A stretch of DNA of 64,000 nt from assembly GCA_050084515.1 (NCBI GenBank), contig CM114271.1:22258001-22322000 (forward strand), in the 5' to 3' direction. Position 1 is the first letter of the stretch. Every line of letters starts with the position of its first letter. Source of the DNA: Blasia pusilla. Its lineage: Eukaryota. The notes beneath the pieces are model-generated. The model saw only the letters and a list, made by a program, of their open reading frames with translations, was not told the origin of the DNA and did not search any database. A program made the translations under genes and the position numbers. Shown one piece after another: positions 13,581-28,470 of this stretch.

Positions 13581-15293
13581 ATCATGTTCGCAGCCAACCA
13601 ACCAACCCCACTCTCTACTTCTACTCTAGTAGCACCACCTCCACCTACCATATGCGGTGGCCCTGCCTGTCCTGTCTGTGTTGTCTTGTCTGGTCTTTGT
13701 TTTGTCTTGTAGGGCAGTTCAAATTCATTCGCTCCCCCGCCTCTCGTCGCGTGACTCGTCACCCGCGTCCGCTCCGAATCTCCGATGATGCGCTCTCTCA
13801 CTCGCCCGGGATCAGATTCCCGGTCTCGGACAGCACGGGTATTGGAGAGATCGCTGGAGGATCTTGTTGCTTGCGCGTCAATGCGGTCCGTTCTGCATGG
13901 CCGCGATTTCTGACGCGAGTAATCACGACTATTCCTGTGTTTTAAATCGGGGTAAAAATGCGCAATTATTTGTCAGGATGATCTATATTATTATGGGAAT
14001 GTTTTTTCATTTGTAAATATTTTTTTATGTGATAAGTGGGGGAGAGAAAATGTTTATCTTCTAGTGATCACAAAACAAAATTGTGTGCAACATCATTAGT
14101 CATTTCCCTTCACAAAAGACTATACATTAACAAAAGCTCTTCAAACACTTCTTTATTTTCAGTGCACTGTAATAATTTTAAGGTTTGGAATCTATTCTCT
14201 TTGCGACCTATGCAAGTAGGCTCCATTTTAAATGGCTTCTTCTCGTGCCGTGTCCATGTCTCCGTTTGTTACCCTCCTCATGAGACTATGTCCACCTTCT
14301 AAAATGTTTACATGTTTACCCCTAAGTCGTCGGATGTCTTCTAACATGGCACAATTATACGTGTGAGAAACCCTTTAGTAAGTGCGCCTCAAATTTTGCT
14401 ATGGGAAGTTTACTAGTCGTCAAGGTTTGGCACGCGTGGGTTCAACATCGTTTTGTATGAGCCTTCCTGTCGAGCTCGTATAAAGATGTAGCACGCGTGA
14501 CTTTCACTGCGCTTACTTTTAATCTTGTGTGAACGTTATGAAGTTTTGAGTTGGTTGCGGCCACGCGTAAGAATTTTGCAACTACTCTAGGTCCCTCATT
14601 CGTATTCCCTACGTTAGTACTAATTGGGACGTTTCTAACTATATATCTGACTGCGGAGTTTATGAGGATTGCATGGTCGTTCTTACTCCATCTTGAGTTC
14701 ATGTTAGAATTTTCCCCATAGCTTGATGTTGTTGTTACATTGATATACGCTTATTGTACTCTTGTGTTTTTCGCTTATGCTCCTAAATTCACTTCAATCG
14801 CGTATCATCTTGCTACAAGATTTTTGTGTTCTTTCATCTAGTCATTGTACTTTTGAGTGCTTGCCCATGTACTTTATAGCATTCGGTTTCATCTCCCTTT
14901 GTGGTTGGTTGGGATTTTTCCCTACACTTTGTCTTTACATTTTTGCTACTAAACCCATTTCAGCTGCATACCATCTTCTTCATCTAGTCACTCTACTCGT
15001 GCGTGCTCTTCCATGTACCTTCTAGATCCCGGTTTATCCTTTGGTTGAAATTTTCCCCGCACGTTTTCTACTACAAGTTCCAAAGGTAAACCGACTTGGG
15101 CTTACTCTGTCCATTGATTGTCTTTTCATGTTTCCATTGTGTATTTGCTTTGGTTGAAGTCAATGAAGTCCTAAAATCCTTAAACCCATGGGCTAGCCAA
15201 TAAAATCCTGTCTCGTAACAATTTCGAAGTTTGAAGGTAAGTAAGTGCTATAGGCTAGCTATCTAGGTTTAGAAGACATGCTAACTACAAGCA

Positions 15294-15398
<105 letters not shown>

Positions 15399-18300
15399 TA
15401 TCCTCCTTCTCTTAGGCTAGACCCTAGGCGATTCGGGAGTTAGGACACGACAAAAAGTAGAAGAAGGTAGGAAATGAGGAGGAAAAATTGAGGTTGGGTT
15501 GTGTTCACTGTGAAGGGTATATCGCTTAAGATACTCTGTCATGGGTAGGAAAAATTGTTGGGGCCTGCAATACTCAAACCTTTCACAAGAGTAGCCCACA
15601 GTGGAAATCATACCAACATTATCGATTATTTTTGTGGTTGCAGTGAAGTATACTACTATACGCTTGTGCTAATTGTCTTGAGTTGATGAGATGGTAGTAC
15701 CTTTCCTCCTCTGTCCTTTCCTCTTGCAAATTCCAAAAGTGACACTCCCATGCTGGGAAGATATATTCAAGACCGGAGCTCGTTAATTAATAACCGAAAT
15801 CAAGCACGATCCAAGTTAATTCATGAACTTATTTGAGGGTCAATAAGGTCCAAGCAAAGGACATAGTATTTGAAAATCAAGCATAATGAACTATCCACAA
15901 AGCTTCTCATACATTGATTGAATAGTCATAGTTTAAGCATTTAAGTGATGGAAACTTTCTTCCACTCATATTAATGTCATTTGCATCACCACTGGCTTGA
16001 CATCTAATACTAGCAACTTTAATCCTTTCATGCACAATCTTAGTATTCGATTCATTAGAATGTAATAAAGACTAGACTATCCATAAACAAGTACATCAAA
16101 CTTACAAGTTCATGAGAAATGCTCACTACATTCAAATATACAGTTATCAAGAGGATAATTCATGACCAGACTGTGCCACTATTCCGTTGCAAATTCAATA
16201 CATTCTTGCTGATCATCTATATCCTCTTTTTTGACCTTTTTTATGTTTTAGCTATCCTTATGATTTGTCATGTTGAAGGATTGTGCCCCTTACTTCAATT
16301 ATTTCATGTAGTTGCAAGAATCTTTGAGCTTCTCCATCATGTCGTTTTGTACCCTTCTGCAATGTAAGAAAGAGATATCACTACATAAACTATCTTTTTT
16401 TTAATTATCTCGTACTTCACCTACTCCCTTCCGTTGGGACTTGTGCATTGCAATATCTAAGTATCTTACCAATCATATTTCTTACACCTATAACTCTTTT
16501 GTGCATATCTTAGGTGATCCTACTCTACCTTCTTTACTTTTCAGGGAAACTAATAAACTTCATGTTAATCTTGTTATGTTCTTGAGTCCTATTATATTCC
16601 TCGTGATTCTTCACTTCAATTATTTATTTATTTTCAACTAATTTCAATGCATCTATAAGTGTTATAATAGCAAGATAGGTTTTGTTATATGATTCGAATT
16701 CAAAATTTTACTACTTTCTTTTTGGAAATAACAAAGTCTTTTCCAATATCCACCTTAACCTTATTTCAATCTTTTGTACTGTTGCAATGGCAACAACCCA
16801 TAAATAATCTTCCACCTCTATAAATCATTGTCCATACAATCTAGGTACTTCAGGAAGAAACTCGTCTACCACCTCCCATGGAAACCTTAGCAAGCATGTA
16901 TTATCATCACTAAGAGTACTTAACAAAAATCAACTAAAAAAATGCATGCAATATGCACTGCCAATAAATTTTACAACTCACAAACTTTCGAGCAAACCTA
17001 TCGCCTATCACTAATAGCCACAAATTAAGCACATGATGTTAAGGTGGGAACTTTAATGTTGTGAAGTTATATCAAAGATGCAATATTGCAGATATTGAGG
17101 GCGTGTCGTCCATTGCAGTCCCCGTGTTAGAATGTGTAATACCAATTTTGACCAATATCCGCCATATGCTTTATGCAATGCTTTTCTTGTTCCTTATATA
17201 ATACCAAGGCCTGGTGAATTTTTCATATGTGATGTGTGTTCAAAAACACAACCACGCCTAAACTTAACGTTTACATGACACATTAGGCAAATATTGCTTC
17301 TTGACCCTCTCTACTTGCAACAACTTTCTACTGTTGATTCAAGAATATGAATGCAAAGGAATTTTAATAGATTCCACTATGGGTTTTTCCATGCTATATC
17401 CCTACTAGATTCCAAGGAACAAATTCAAAAAAAAGATGTTATTACCCAGATAATCTTTCTTTTAATTCCAACTCCGAACTGTGTTGGATCATCCCATTTG
17501 GTGCAAAGGTACGCCCAGAGGCTTACTTCATATCTCTTGCGTGTTTTCTAGCATTAACCCTCCCTTCTACGAGTGGTTTAAAAGCCTGTTAGGGGCCAAA
17601 AGGCTCACAAAGTAGATGGAGAATGTGCCCTTTTTTCTCATAAAGCGCCACGGGGAAGCAACTGAGTAAATTGGTGTAGTCGCACATGCAGCATGGCAGG
17701 CATGCCCATGTGATTGCTTACTTTGATGCCTTTTTGAGGAAACAAAAAGTGACGAAATCACTGAAATCTTTACAAAACTTAGAGATACAAAGTGGCCTAG
17801 TCCGTCCGTGCGCTCACAAAAGAGCTTCGATGGAACATGAACATGGAGATAACTCGACATACGAGAATACGCTACCATTGCGGCTCCCAACTATTTCACT
17901 ACTCGGGAAACTAGGGTTTTTTTACCTCATTTTCTTAATTCTATTAATAGAAAACTTAATAGAAACATGCCTCCGGGACGCATCAAGGTGCCGTGCATCC
18001 TGATGCAGTATAGGGTTAGATAATCCTGTAACGCTACTCCTGAAACCACATATGTCACATTACTATGACTCCTTAGATGTCTAAGTCGGAACCATCAATC
18101 TAGACTTCTCCTCATACAAGAGGACCAATCATATTAATGGTGCTCATAAAAGTGGATGTTGACAATCCAACAGCCTTTCCTCGAGCATCGGAATGGCGCC
18201 AATTAGGTGGTGAACGTGTAATGCAACAGTCGGACCACACAACACCTAAAAGCTCTAGCATAGGTAGCATTTAGTCAGGCATGGCTCAAGTCCTAGCCTA

Positions 18301-19739
18301 AGAAAGCAAGGTTGGGACATGCGGGTCAGCCGCTTTATCGATTAAAATAGATATCGAAGTCATAAAGGACTTCTTGTTGCGTCTTTTAACTTTCACTCAA
18401 CATTATACTCAGCATATCCGCTTGAAGCTCAAGCGCATCATACATTGACGTTTAGAGTTTGCCAGATGGTAATAGTTGGCAAGGCCGCATAGAATGGGAC
18501 ATAATTCTTGAATTACATATTGACAATTTACAGTAGGATCAATCATTGAAAAAGCCTTTGTAACTTGCCTTTGTGAAACAAATTATAACTTTCTCAATAT
18601 ATTTATGAAACAACTCTAGTTTGGTCCTACATGGCTTATAAGCTTGTAGTATCCCTATACTCACATGATCATGAAAGATGGTGTTAGTCATACAAATTTA
18701 TAAGGAAGAGAACAAAGCATCTAAAGAGTATACTTGAAGTGTACGTTGTATCATTTAATTGGATATACAAATGAAATACATACTTATGATTTACCTATAT
18801 CAATCAATGCCATAATTGGTAGAGTTGCCACTATTGCATGACCATCTTTTATACTTCTTTGCTCATAGTTGATGTTTTCTAAGGTTATCATAAATAGCCT
18901 TCCTCGAGTTCTTGGTGATGTTTTATAGTGATGTTTGGCATGGGTAGAGAATAATTGGAGCAATAACTCCCCTTAGCTAGACACTTGACTACAACTTGTC
19001 ATTCCATTTCATACCATCATTCTACAAATTATAGGGATATGTAAATTCTTTCATTGTTTACAACAGTAGGAGATGAATTAAGTACAAATCCTTCTTGATG
19101 ATTTGGCGACAAACAAGTTGTTATAGTACTTGCATGGTATATTGATAATGGAAACATATTTCAGGGATATACATCAACATTATGTTCTCACACTATTTTC
19201 TTTTGCCATATTTCTTCTCTCTTACATGCCACGAAAATTGATAAGAATTACATGTGCTAGATTCGTACATAACTTCATTGAATAGAATATTGTAGTATTT
19301 ATGTTATAGTGGCAATTTTCGTTACTTGTGATAGATGCTTCATACTTGTAAATATTAGATGCAGAACGGACATTGATATCTTTCAGGTGAAGTCCAAGAT
19401 GGAATAATAAACTAAGAATAGAATTTATATCTTTACGGGACAATCTAAGTCCATTTCGACATCTTCTAATAAAAAGAAACAAGTTGAAATGTCTTATCAA
19501 AGCCCTTTCTTCAAAATTCTTCCACATGAACGATATGGATATCCTCTTCAAGTTCTTCAAGAGGAAAATCAATCCCTTTGTATATGTTGTCCTCCAAGTC
19601 GACCGTTTCCTCAACTTGGTTTATAGCATTCAATTCTTCAAGTTCTTTTCATTTTCTTCCAGCAACTTTGGCCTTGCAAAATCCATTTTTGACTCGATAA
19701 ACCTTGAGTGCTCCTTTTGAGGTGAAACCATTAGCTTGA

Positions 19740-20190
19740 TGACATATGTCACAATGCCATATCGTCGGTGGTGTGGAAGAATTGTAGACCTATGAATTCA
19801 AGAAGCTATCTACAAAATATTCTTAAAGTTACTGAACATTTATTGGACATCAGTGAAGAGGATGATGAGATAACTCAAAGGAATTCCTAGATTTGGAATC
19901 ATGTATCAAAAATCAAAGGAAGGTATGATTCTTCATGGTTATTCTGATGTGGATTGGGCTAGAGAGTTTGATTCCATGATATCCACTTAAAGGTGTTGTT
20001 TTCTATTCAACAATGCCAGTATCAATTGGAATTCAAAGTTAGAAAGAAATGTTGTTTTGTTAAGTATTGAAGTTAAGTATATTGCACTTTCAAATGCAAC
20101 TATTGAAGCATTGTGGTTGTAGAAGCTTATGAGTAATGTCACTTTTGATTATGAATCACCAATAATTCAGTATTATAACCAGAGTGATAT
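19740..20190 (+). pseudogene. Ty1/copia RT C-terminus/RNase H remnant
   Basis: Translates to HWTSVKRMMR*LKG...GYSDVDWA...SINWNSKLERNVVLLSIEVKYIALSNATIEALWL, the copia YSDADWA / WxSKKQxxVALSTxEAEY signature with stops. Confidence 0.85.
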
Positions 20191-20499
20191 GGCTCTTTAC
20201 TATATAGTGCTATGGCTGTGAGTTGAGCAACATACTACATTAGTGTTGTAGAAAAGTTGTACCTTTCCAACTGTTTGGAGTCAAACAGATTAGTTTCACC
20301 TCAACATTCTTCTTCCAACCTTCGTTTGGCAAGGATTGCAAAATGGCGTGGAGGGAAGAAACACAAATACATTACCAATAAAATCATTGATTTTGTAGAT
20401 CAAATGAGATATCAATCTGCCCAATTATGGATAATATAAATTCAGAAATAAACAAAACTAAATCCCGCTCCAAGATCTATAGATCTGAATCACATGCAT

Positions 20500-21180
20500 G
20501 TGGTAAGCAACTTTGCAAGTTGACTACTAGTGTTCCCACGAAGCCTTGACCAAATGGGACCCGAGATACCCAAACCTCTTTATACTCGAAGATATTATCT
20601 TAGACAAGAATTCCCCACCAGAATGCCAGATGAATACAATCCACCCACTCTTCAAGGTGAGGGACCCTATGATATCCTTAAATACAAAACTATCATGGTG
20701 AGTTATCTAATGGCCAAATTATATGGGCTAATGCTGGAAAGGAACCTTAGTAACTGGGTTCATGAAATGAAGGTATAAGAAAAGGGGCAAGTAGGCTTTC
20801 GGACATCACATAGCATTCTAGACCACATTCTCACACTCCGAGTACTCATTGAAGAAACTTCCAAGTCCATAATTGGCCATAAGCCGGGAAGCTTATTGTG
20901 TTGTTTTGCTGATTTCAAGAAGGCATTCAACACAGTACCCAAGTCACTTCTTTAGAAATGACTAGAAGAATTGGGGGTTCCACCACAACAGCTTACATCA
21001 ATAAAAATATTGTATGCTAAGGTGTTAGCAAAGATTGCCACTAAGAAGGGCAAATCTGAATCTCTATCCTCAAGCACCATAGTCAAACAAGGATGTCCCC
21101 TCTCATCTACAGTGTTTGGACTCTACATTGACGAATTCCATACGATACTCTCTAGTTGCGGCGGCTCGATAGCTTGAGCA
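20500..21180 (+). pseudogene. Non-LTR retrotransposon (LINE, RTE-like) reverse transcriptase remnant
   Basis: YKTIMV...QVGFRTSHSILDHILTLRVLIEE...CCFADFKKAFNTVP...VKQGCPLSSTVFGLYID with stops. Degenerate homology may continue to ~21900. Confidence 0.88.
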
Positions 21181-21933
21181 TGCCTCAAGAGTTTTGAACG
21201 TGGATTGCTTGAGTCAACCCATGTACAATTGTTATTCAAAGTTTTGACAAAGAGAATAGATATTACAAATGATTGAATTAAATTCAGAATAAATGTCCAC
21301 CGGATGATGGATTGAGGAACTCTTCAGAATCCAAGAGAACCAAGAGAAGTTCTTACTTTTTGCTATTTTGCTAATCTGATAAAGTTGGTTTACCCCCACA
21401 AGATGCAGAGATAGCCAAGCTTAGAGTTAATCTGGATAGGTGCTTGCAAAGAAACAAGGTAGAGTGTCATGAAGAGATGGAATTGACGACTTTAAAATAT
21501 GAGAAAATTCTCCGAGATCTTTGAGATGCACTGCACACAGAATAAATAAAACATCACAAACTAGTATGTGGTCCTCTTAATAATCTCAAGGTGGGTGATA
21601 TGCTAGGTGCTCCATCTGATACAATTTCTCCGAATAATATATATACTAAGATACTCGGCTATCAATGTGGTCGTCGTTAATTGGGGATTAAAACGGCCAA
21701 AGTAATAAAATGCTTCAAGGTGGATTCGAAATGATATAGCATATCATTGTGCGGGTTTCCTAAGGGTATATGTCAAGTATCATCAAGATTAAGTAGATAT
21801 TGTAGAAAAGTGGATTGTCACTTGAATTGGATCCTTGGTGTGCTCTCAAGATGTGACTTGAATCCATCAAACTTCATTCCTACCGTCTTCAAGCAAGACA
21901 AGAATACCCTTGAATGGAAGGACTCTTGAAAGA

Positions 21934-22128
21934 AAGTAGGAATCATGTTTCAAATGGTTCAGACATTCTTGAACATAACTAGTGGTTTTTTTTGTTCATT
22001 TGGAAGACAGTAGGAATCATGTTTCAAATGGCTCAGATATTCATGAACATGACTAATGATTTTTTTTTGTTATTTTGAAAGACACTAGGAATCAAATTTC
22101 AAATGGTTCAAATATTCATGAACATGAC
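21934..22128. repeat. Tandem repeat, ~75-bp unit, ~2.7 copies
   Basis: Three copies of taggaatcatgtttcaaatgg(t/c)tcaga(c/t)attc(t/a)tgaacat... Confidence 0.85.
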
Positions 22129-24019
22129 AATTTATTATATTTTAGAGGACAATGGTGAGGTGGAAAGATAGAGGATCACCTACAATGGTCAATCTGATCA
22201 TCGGAAGCCATAATCCAAGCTCGATGATTGCAAGAGCAAAGTATTATTTGTACAATTCTTTAGTAATCAAATCCGCATCTAATTTTGATCTCATTCCCAC
22301 TTCTTAGAGAGATGATATTGATGTTTTTAGAATCACAAGCAAGAGCTAAAAGAAGAATTGAAAGAAGTTAAGCAAGCAAGTAAGGAAGCTTCGGGAGCAG
22401 CGAATGATGTTTCCTCGAAGTAAAAGCAAGAGTTGGATGTAATCCAAAGGGACTGTATTAAGTAGGTTGAGCACCTATTTATGCATAATGATGAGAAAGT
22501 TCCAACCTCGGAAAAAAAATTGATGGAGAGGTTGCAAACTGTGGAAGATGATTGGAAAGACAGGTATAGAGTGAAGAGATAATGTGGTTTTTGAAGCATA
22601 CAAATGATCTCAAGTAGCGTCATAACTTATTTAACGACATCCCATAATAAGAAAACCTCTTTATAAACTCATTATTGACCTTTACAAATTATTATTCTCT
22701 TACCACATATTCGCGTATACAACCGCTTAAAATAATGTGGATTTTCCATACATCCCTACTTATAATTTGCACATTAGTCTTCTTGTTTCCTTAAAAGGAA
22801 AAAAGATGTTGTATGTCTTAATTGTCAATAAGAGTGCAGTTTGAGCTGAACCACACAATGATTTCTAGTCATATGTTGGATGGATCTTTCATTGCACAAA
22901 TACATTACTCAACTCAGAAGAGGACCTTGTAAGCTTCATAAAGCCTAGTTTCATCTCATTGTAGGGTCTTTGCTCTATGAGTGTTCCACTACAAATTCCT
23001 TTGCTAACTAGAGCCATAAACTTGGTGGCTCAAAATTTGTATCATACCATATTTCTCCTACACATGGAAATAAATTACAAAAGGGAAGTTTGAAAGTTAA
23101 CCAAGTATACTTATGAGTTGTAAATGTTAGTTGTCTAGATGGTATCTACTGAATGAACCCTTGTTCCTCCATTTTTTCGATATAAATAGAATGAAAACAA
23201 GCTTTCCTTTTTGGCTGGCCAACCCACAAAGTGTAAGACTGATCCATTTTATCCAAATTATATGTGAACGAATTGGTTTATTGTTCACGGGAGCCCAGAG
23301 CGAGGACCGTAGGGCTTGGATTTGCAATATGTGCTAGAATTGAGGAGGAAGAGTATAAACAAAGAGAAATTAAGAGCTCTTATGCTCTTTAGCCATCTTG
23401 TGTCATAATTTATCCTTGTGAATCTGGTGCTCACAAGTCATAAAATGAACAACCATGTAGCTAGGACCTTTGAGGAGATTAGGAAACACTATTATGATGT
23501 ACCTGTGGTAATCGCACTTGAGAATGAAATAAAAATTATCACATGAATTTTTTGAGCTACAATTCCTAAATATAATTTGTCCTCTTTTTTACTTGTGAGA
23601 ACTTTCCTTTATCTAACTCTAATATTTCGAGCTACATATAAATCTGGCAAGTGGATGACATAGCTTTATTGTCATTTTTGTAGAGGTGTAAGCACCCTTT
23701 GGTTAGATTTCCATGTATTCATGAAGATGTAGTATGTCACATCCGAGACCAATTGTACATACTCTCTTAATTGTCTATGGGGTCCCCATGGACAATAAAA
23801 TTGTTCATTCAGTCAATCATATGGCTTTTTGTGCTTATCCTAGAGATGTGGTTGTTGCTCACTTAGTTATAGTTGGAAAATAATCAATTTATTTGCTCCA
23901 CTTGTTAAGACATACATTGCACTCTTGATACCAATTATTTCAAACTGAGCAAGTAGAAGGTTATGGTGGTTCGTCATCTTCACACCTAGGCATCACTAAA
24001 CAAATGTTTTTTCTTGAAT

Positions 24020-24520
24020 ATATAGTTGCTTAGGTCATTCATTAACACCCTGATGCCAAACTTCATAAGTATAAAGAGTCTGGAATGATAACGACTTTAA
24101 GCAGTTAAAGTCTTTTTTGGGTACGTTGCACTCCTATTTCTCTTGCAATTGATTCCTGCAGGCAAAGATATCTCATCCATGTTTTAGCTTTGCCACGATT
24201 TCTATTGGTTCTCTAATCATCGTGGGGTTTTGATCAGTTGTATGCCTAGGTAGACGTACTTATCCACAATTGCAATAGCTTCTTTCCTCATACCTCTTCC
24301 ATGTATGAACATGTAGAACTGTTTGAAAGTTGGTAGCTAAGAGCTGAAGATGACTATGTGCAGATTGATCTTCATTCCTCATCTACTGTAGAATCCCCAT
24401 AGTGCGTTTAGATATAGTAGTAAATTTTGTGTTGAGATCTCCCAAACTAGTTGAAAAAGACTTAAGCGGTGTAAAGCCATCAAAAAGGCCTCTTTTGGTG
24501 TTTGTTTTCGTGTCATAGAT
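24020..24520 (-). pseudogene. Possible PIF/Harbinger transposase remnant
   Basis: EAFLMALHRLS and a degenerate NxxKKxFNCLK/VIIPD stretch resemble Harbinger DDE_Tnp_4 motifs; highly decayed. Confidence 0.3.
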
Positions 24521-24629
24521 TGGCATGCCCTATTTGTTAAGCCATTCTCTACATTTGTAGTATGCATGGTTCCCCCCAACTAGAACACTGTTCTTAGAAG
24601 GGTTGAAAATTTTTGTTGAAAGGCGGAGT

Positions 24630-25270
24630 CATCTTCACATGGACACTTGCAAATCTACCAGAAGGAAATAATGTTGTTAAATATAAATGGGTTTTTTAAA
24701 CCAATTATAACGCTGATGGATCAATTGAAAGATATCAAGCCATATTGGTAGCCAAAAGGTGCTTGCATATATTTGGCATTGATTATCTAGAGATATTCTC
24801 ACACGTGGTAAGAATAACATCTATCATAATCATTTTGGCTCTTGCTGCCTAGTTTGATTTGGAGATAGAGCAATTGGATGTTAGAACAACATTTCTTCAT
24901 AGAATTTTCGAAGAGACTATTTACATGGAACTTCGAGAAGGTCTTGAAGGTAATGAATTCCATAGAAAGGTCAATAAGTTGAACAAGGCTTTGTATGGCC
25001 TTAAACAAGCTCCGAGACAATGGTTTCAAAGGATTGACTCATATCTCACTCAAACCTTGGGGTTTGAGACTAATGATGGAGACCAACATCTTTATTTTGC
25101 TAGATCATCAAAGAGATTTGTGATGTTGGTCTTCAATGAAAATGATACTATCCTCGTCAATAATCAATAACAGTCACTTCACATAATAATGCATGTACTC
25201 AGTTCATAATTTGAAATTTCATATCTGCTTGAAATCACTCAATGTCTTGGCATGGAAATTTTCAGGAACA
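24630..25270 (+). pseudogene. Ty1/copia reverse transcriptase remnant
   Basis: TWTLANLPEGNNVVKYKWVF*...DGSIERYQAILVAK...GIDYLEIFS...EQLDVRTTFL...LNKALYGLKQAPRQW. Confidence 0.92.
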
Positions 25271-26512
25271 AAAATGCCATTTCTACTTCCTTGTTGCCTT
25301 CACACATCCCTTCTTGTTATACACTTATGATGCAAATAGAAGAGCATAACATCGGCACCTTCAAAGGAGTTGGATGCTCCTACACTTGAGGCTAGTGGGA
25401 CTCGAATAAGTGTAGGTGCAAAGGTATGTTATTATGTAGAAAAAATAAGGATTTATAGTTGAGACTTGGAAGCTTTTGTGCCATGGTTTGTTTAGTTACT
25501 TATTGCTCAATTCACATATAGTTTCCTGATCTAAAATTTTGGTAGGGGGTGGAATTTGACGTAACTTACCAAAGGGCATTGGAGTCCTAAGAAAGGCGAT
25601 GGATAGCACAATTCCAAGCAATGCGGACATCTATCGAGGAGAAGGTGGAAAAAATAAGAGATAGCAAACTACTAATTTGACTACACAATTAACCGACCTC
25701 ACAAAGAGGGTTGCTGATTTGGCAACGATGGTCACTCAAAATAATTCAAGTTAGATTGATATGTTAACGCACCACACCATTTAGAGATACCAACTTGTAA
25801 GATTTTTTCTTGTGAAACTTGAATGTCTTAATATGCCATGGTTGGAGATTGTTTAGATATGTGCAATCTTGAGCATTTTTATTGTTGTAGACCCAACTAT
25901 CATGTAATTTCAACTCACAAGTTTTCCAATATCAATTTTAATTTTATGTTGTTATCTCATATGTATACTATTTTCAGGGGTTCTTGATCCTTCAAAATCA
26001 AGACTTTCAAAACAAGTTACTGAGCCCATCAAGATTCACAAGGGTCAAGAGTATATGCACTTTGAAATTGGCAAGTATATGGGCAGATTTTACACCTAAT
26101 GCCTTATGCAAATGTTTATTACAAATTAGTGAGGTTAAGTCCTGTTTCTTTTCATAGCTTATACAAAAGACTCACATGTATTTCTCATGAAGGGTTGCAT
26201 AAGAGAAACAAGATCCCGACAATACTCATCTCCCACGAAGATGGTGTCGATGCATCGACAACTAAGGGTGAGTGAATTAAATAGGCATCATATTAGTCAC
26301 TCCAATTTTTTTGTTATTGGATTATTTCATGCCTTACAGACTAATACTTTGTACATCTTTTTTTTTCTATAATTTTTTCTCAGGTTTATAGTTGTCTCAT
26401 GTATGAGGGAAAGGATTGGGACCAGAACAAGGTGCTCAACCAAGAAATCCACCATCTGAAGTTGGCATCCAATCAATACTTTCTTCTCCAATGAAGAAAT
26501 TTTTGAAGACAA

Positions 26513-27270
26513 TATCGTGCGCATGCACATCGCTACACAACCCACATCGTTGGTGACATCTACACACCACACAACACTTATATTCCCCAACACATAGGTA
26601 GATCCACACCTAAACAAAATACACTCACGCATATACATTGGGACCCTACAACTGAAATCAAGAGTACTAAAAACGGCTTACCCGGCCTAAAACTCCACTC
26701 ATGAGTCTACATCGGCATATCAAACCACATCCACCCTTTGTTATGAGGGAATCCGAATGCTAGCACCCTAACTCCTATATATCCACACACGTCTATGCAA
26801 GAGAGGCACTCATTAGGCTCAATATGAGAAAGATGGCTTGAGAAATCCATCTCTTTCACTCTTATACCCTTGGGAAGAGCCAAAAAGCTCTTCCCCCAAG
26901 CCCTCCCAACGGTAACTTGCGTGCACAGGTTATTGGATGACCATTGACTTGTCCAATGGGTCATTTGACGGACTAAAGTAGGGAGATTTCCATAAACGAC
27001 GTTCCCGACGCAACAAACCTATCGCCAACCTCATCTGACATCTAGGGACAAAGTTACACCCAAACAACCCGCTGACTCACTATATCATCGACGCGATAGA
27101 ACTTTACCTACGTCAAAATAAGATGTGATAGCTATCGTGCGCAAACACATCGCTACACAACCCACATCGCTGGTCACATCTACACACCACACAACATAGA
27201 TCTTCCCCAACATACGGGTAGATCCACACGTAAACAAAATACACTCACGCATATAGACTGAGACCCCACA
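26513..27270 (-). repeat. 3' terminal B-A-B repeat block of the minus-strand DNMT-gypsy copy
   Basis: B1 27270-27133, 2-nt spacer, A 27130-26655, B2 26650-26513. Purine tract (TAAGGGGGCGG on minus) lies just before B1. Confidence 0.85.
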
Positions 27271-27299
27271 ACCGCCCCCTTAGCTGGCAGTCGGGTCCC

Positions 27300-28470
27300 C
27301 CTAACTCCATATAGCACACACATATGTACTCGACGAGATCTCCTATCCTATATAAGTCTAGCACCATTGGTGTCGTCATCCCCGCAACATTGCCACACTG
27401 CAACAACCCGCCATGTTGATCCCTCCAAGAGATCTGACATTCTTGTACCCTGCTCCAAACATAGACGCAGCTCCACGCATGCCTCACGAGCTCGTATGCA
27501 CTCCACGCATCTCAATGCTCATCCCCAACAATGATAAAATCAAACTCCCCACCATGGGAAGAGACATCCATCTTGGCATGTCTCTCAGTGGGACTATCCG
27601 CTACGGGAATGTCCTCCCCAACCACTATTTAATCAACTGACACCACATGTGAATGCTGCCAGCGTGGTCACCATATTCTCACGCGGTCGACCATCACTAA
27701 CTCTTGCAAACTGCACCGATAGATGGCTCATATGTTCATCACCTAATCGCCATCCTGGCCGTTAAGAAACTATCTCCTCCCAAAAATCCAGAATAAAACC
27801 AAGGGGATACAACAATGTATTCCCTACTAACATAGCATACAACTCTGTCGGCGTCGTAATCGCTTGCGTCTGCACCATTGCACTATCTGACTCATGCTCT
27901 TGCCAAAGTCTTACCACCAACTCTTGTCGAGTCATATATAGCGTGGGTGATACGCCCCCAATAGAGATTTGTATCTGAAAGGCATAATGCTCAATGTTGC
28001 ATTTTCGTGAACCCAACGCCAAACACACCGCCTTCCCTAACATCAAGGACTGCGCTCTCGGATCAAGTAGGATGCGTTGGAGGTGGTACACCGTACCTAT
28101 GGGACTAACCAAGAAAAAAACTCATGCTCAGTTATCCAACAACACCACACTTGGTGTGATCATGGCTCGCTCTATCGCTCACCGAGCTGGCATATCTACC
28201 AACTTTGCCGCCGCCGCATGCCATGACTCAATGGAGGACGTCTTGAGCTCTTGCTCTGAGGGCAAGTCTACCACCTCCTCAACTATGTCCGAACGAGAGG
28301 TAGTCACCTCTTCACGCTCACACAACATGGCGGCCACTCGGAACACCTCCGCTGGTCCAACTTCCAACGTCGCCAACTCCATAGTGGAAAACAACGGAGC
28401 GTGGCTCACTCTAGTGGCCACCTCCAACAATGTGGTCAACACTGGCTCCACCGGAGCCGGCATAGGAGTT
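27300..28470 (-). pseudogene. Gag-PR linker, aspartic protease and start of the DNMT domain of the deleted gypsy copy
   Basis: LVSPIGTVYHLQRILLDPRAQSLMLGKAVCLALG is homologous to 43385-43684 (degenerate LLDSGA protease motif). 28179-28463 is homologous to 43158-43451. Confidence 0.8.

Noticed and set aside
12426-13945. Long Pro/Ser/Arg-rich ORFs on both strands
   Set aside because: Products of GC-rich low-complexity and microsatellite sequence in the DP leader; no recognisable domain.
15700-19700. AT-rich stretches that may be decayed transposase sequence
   Set aside because: No motif I could assign with confidence.
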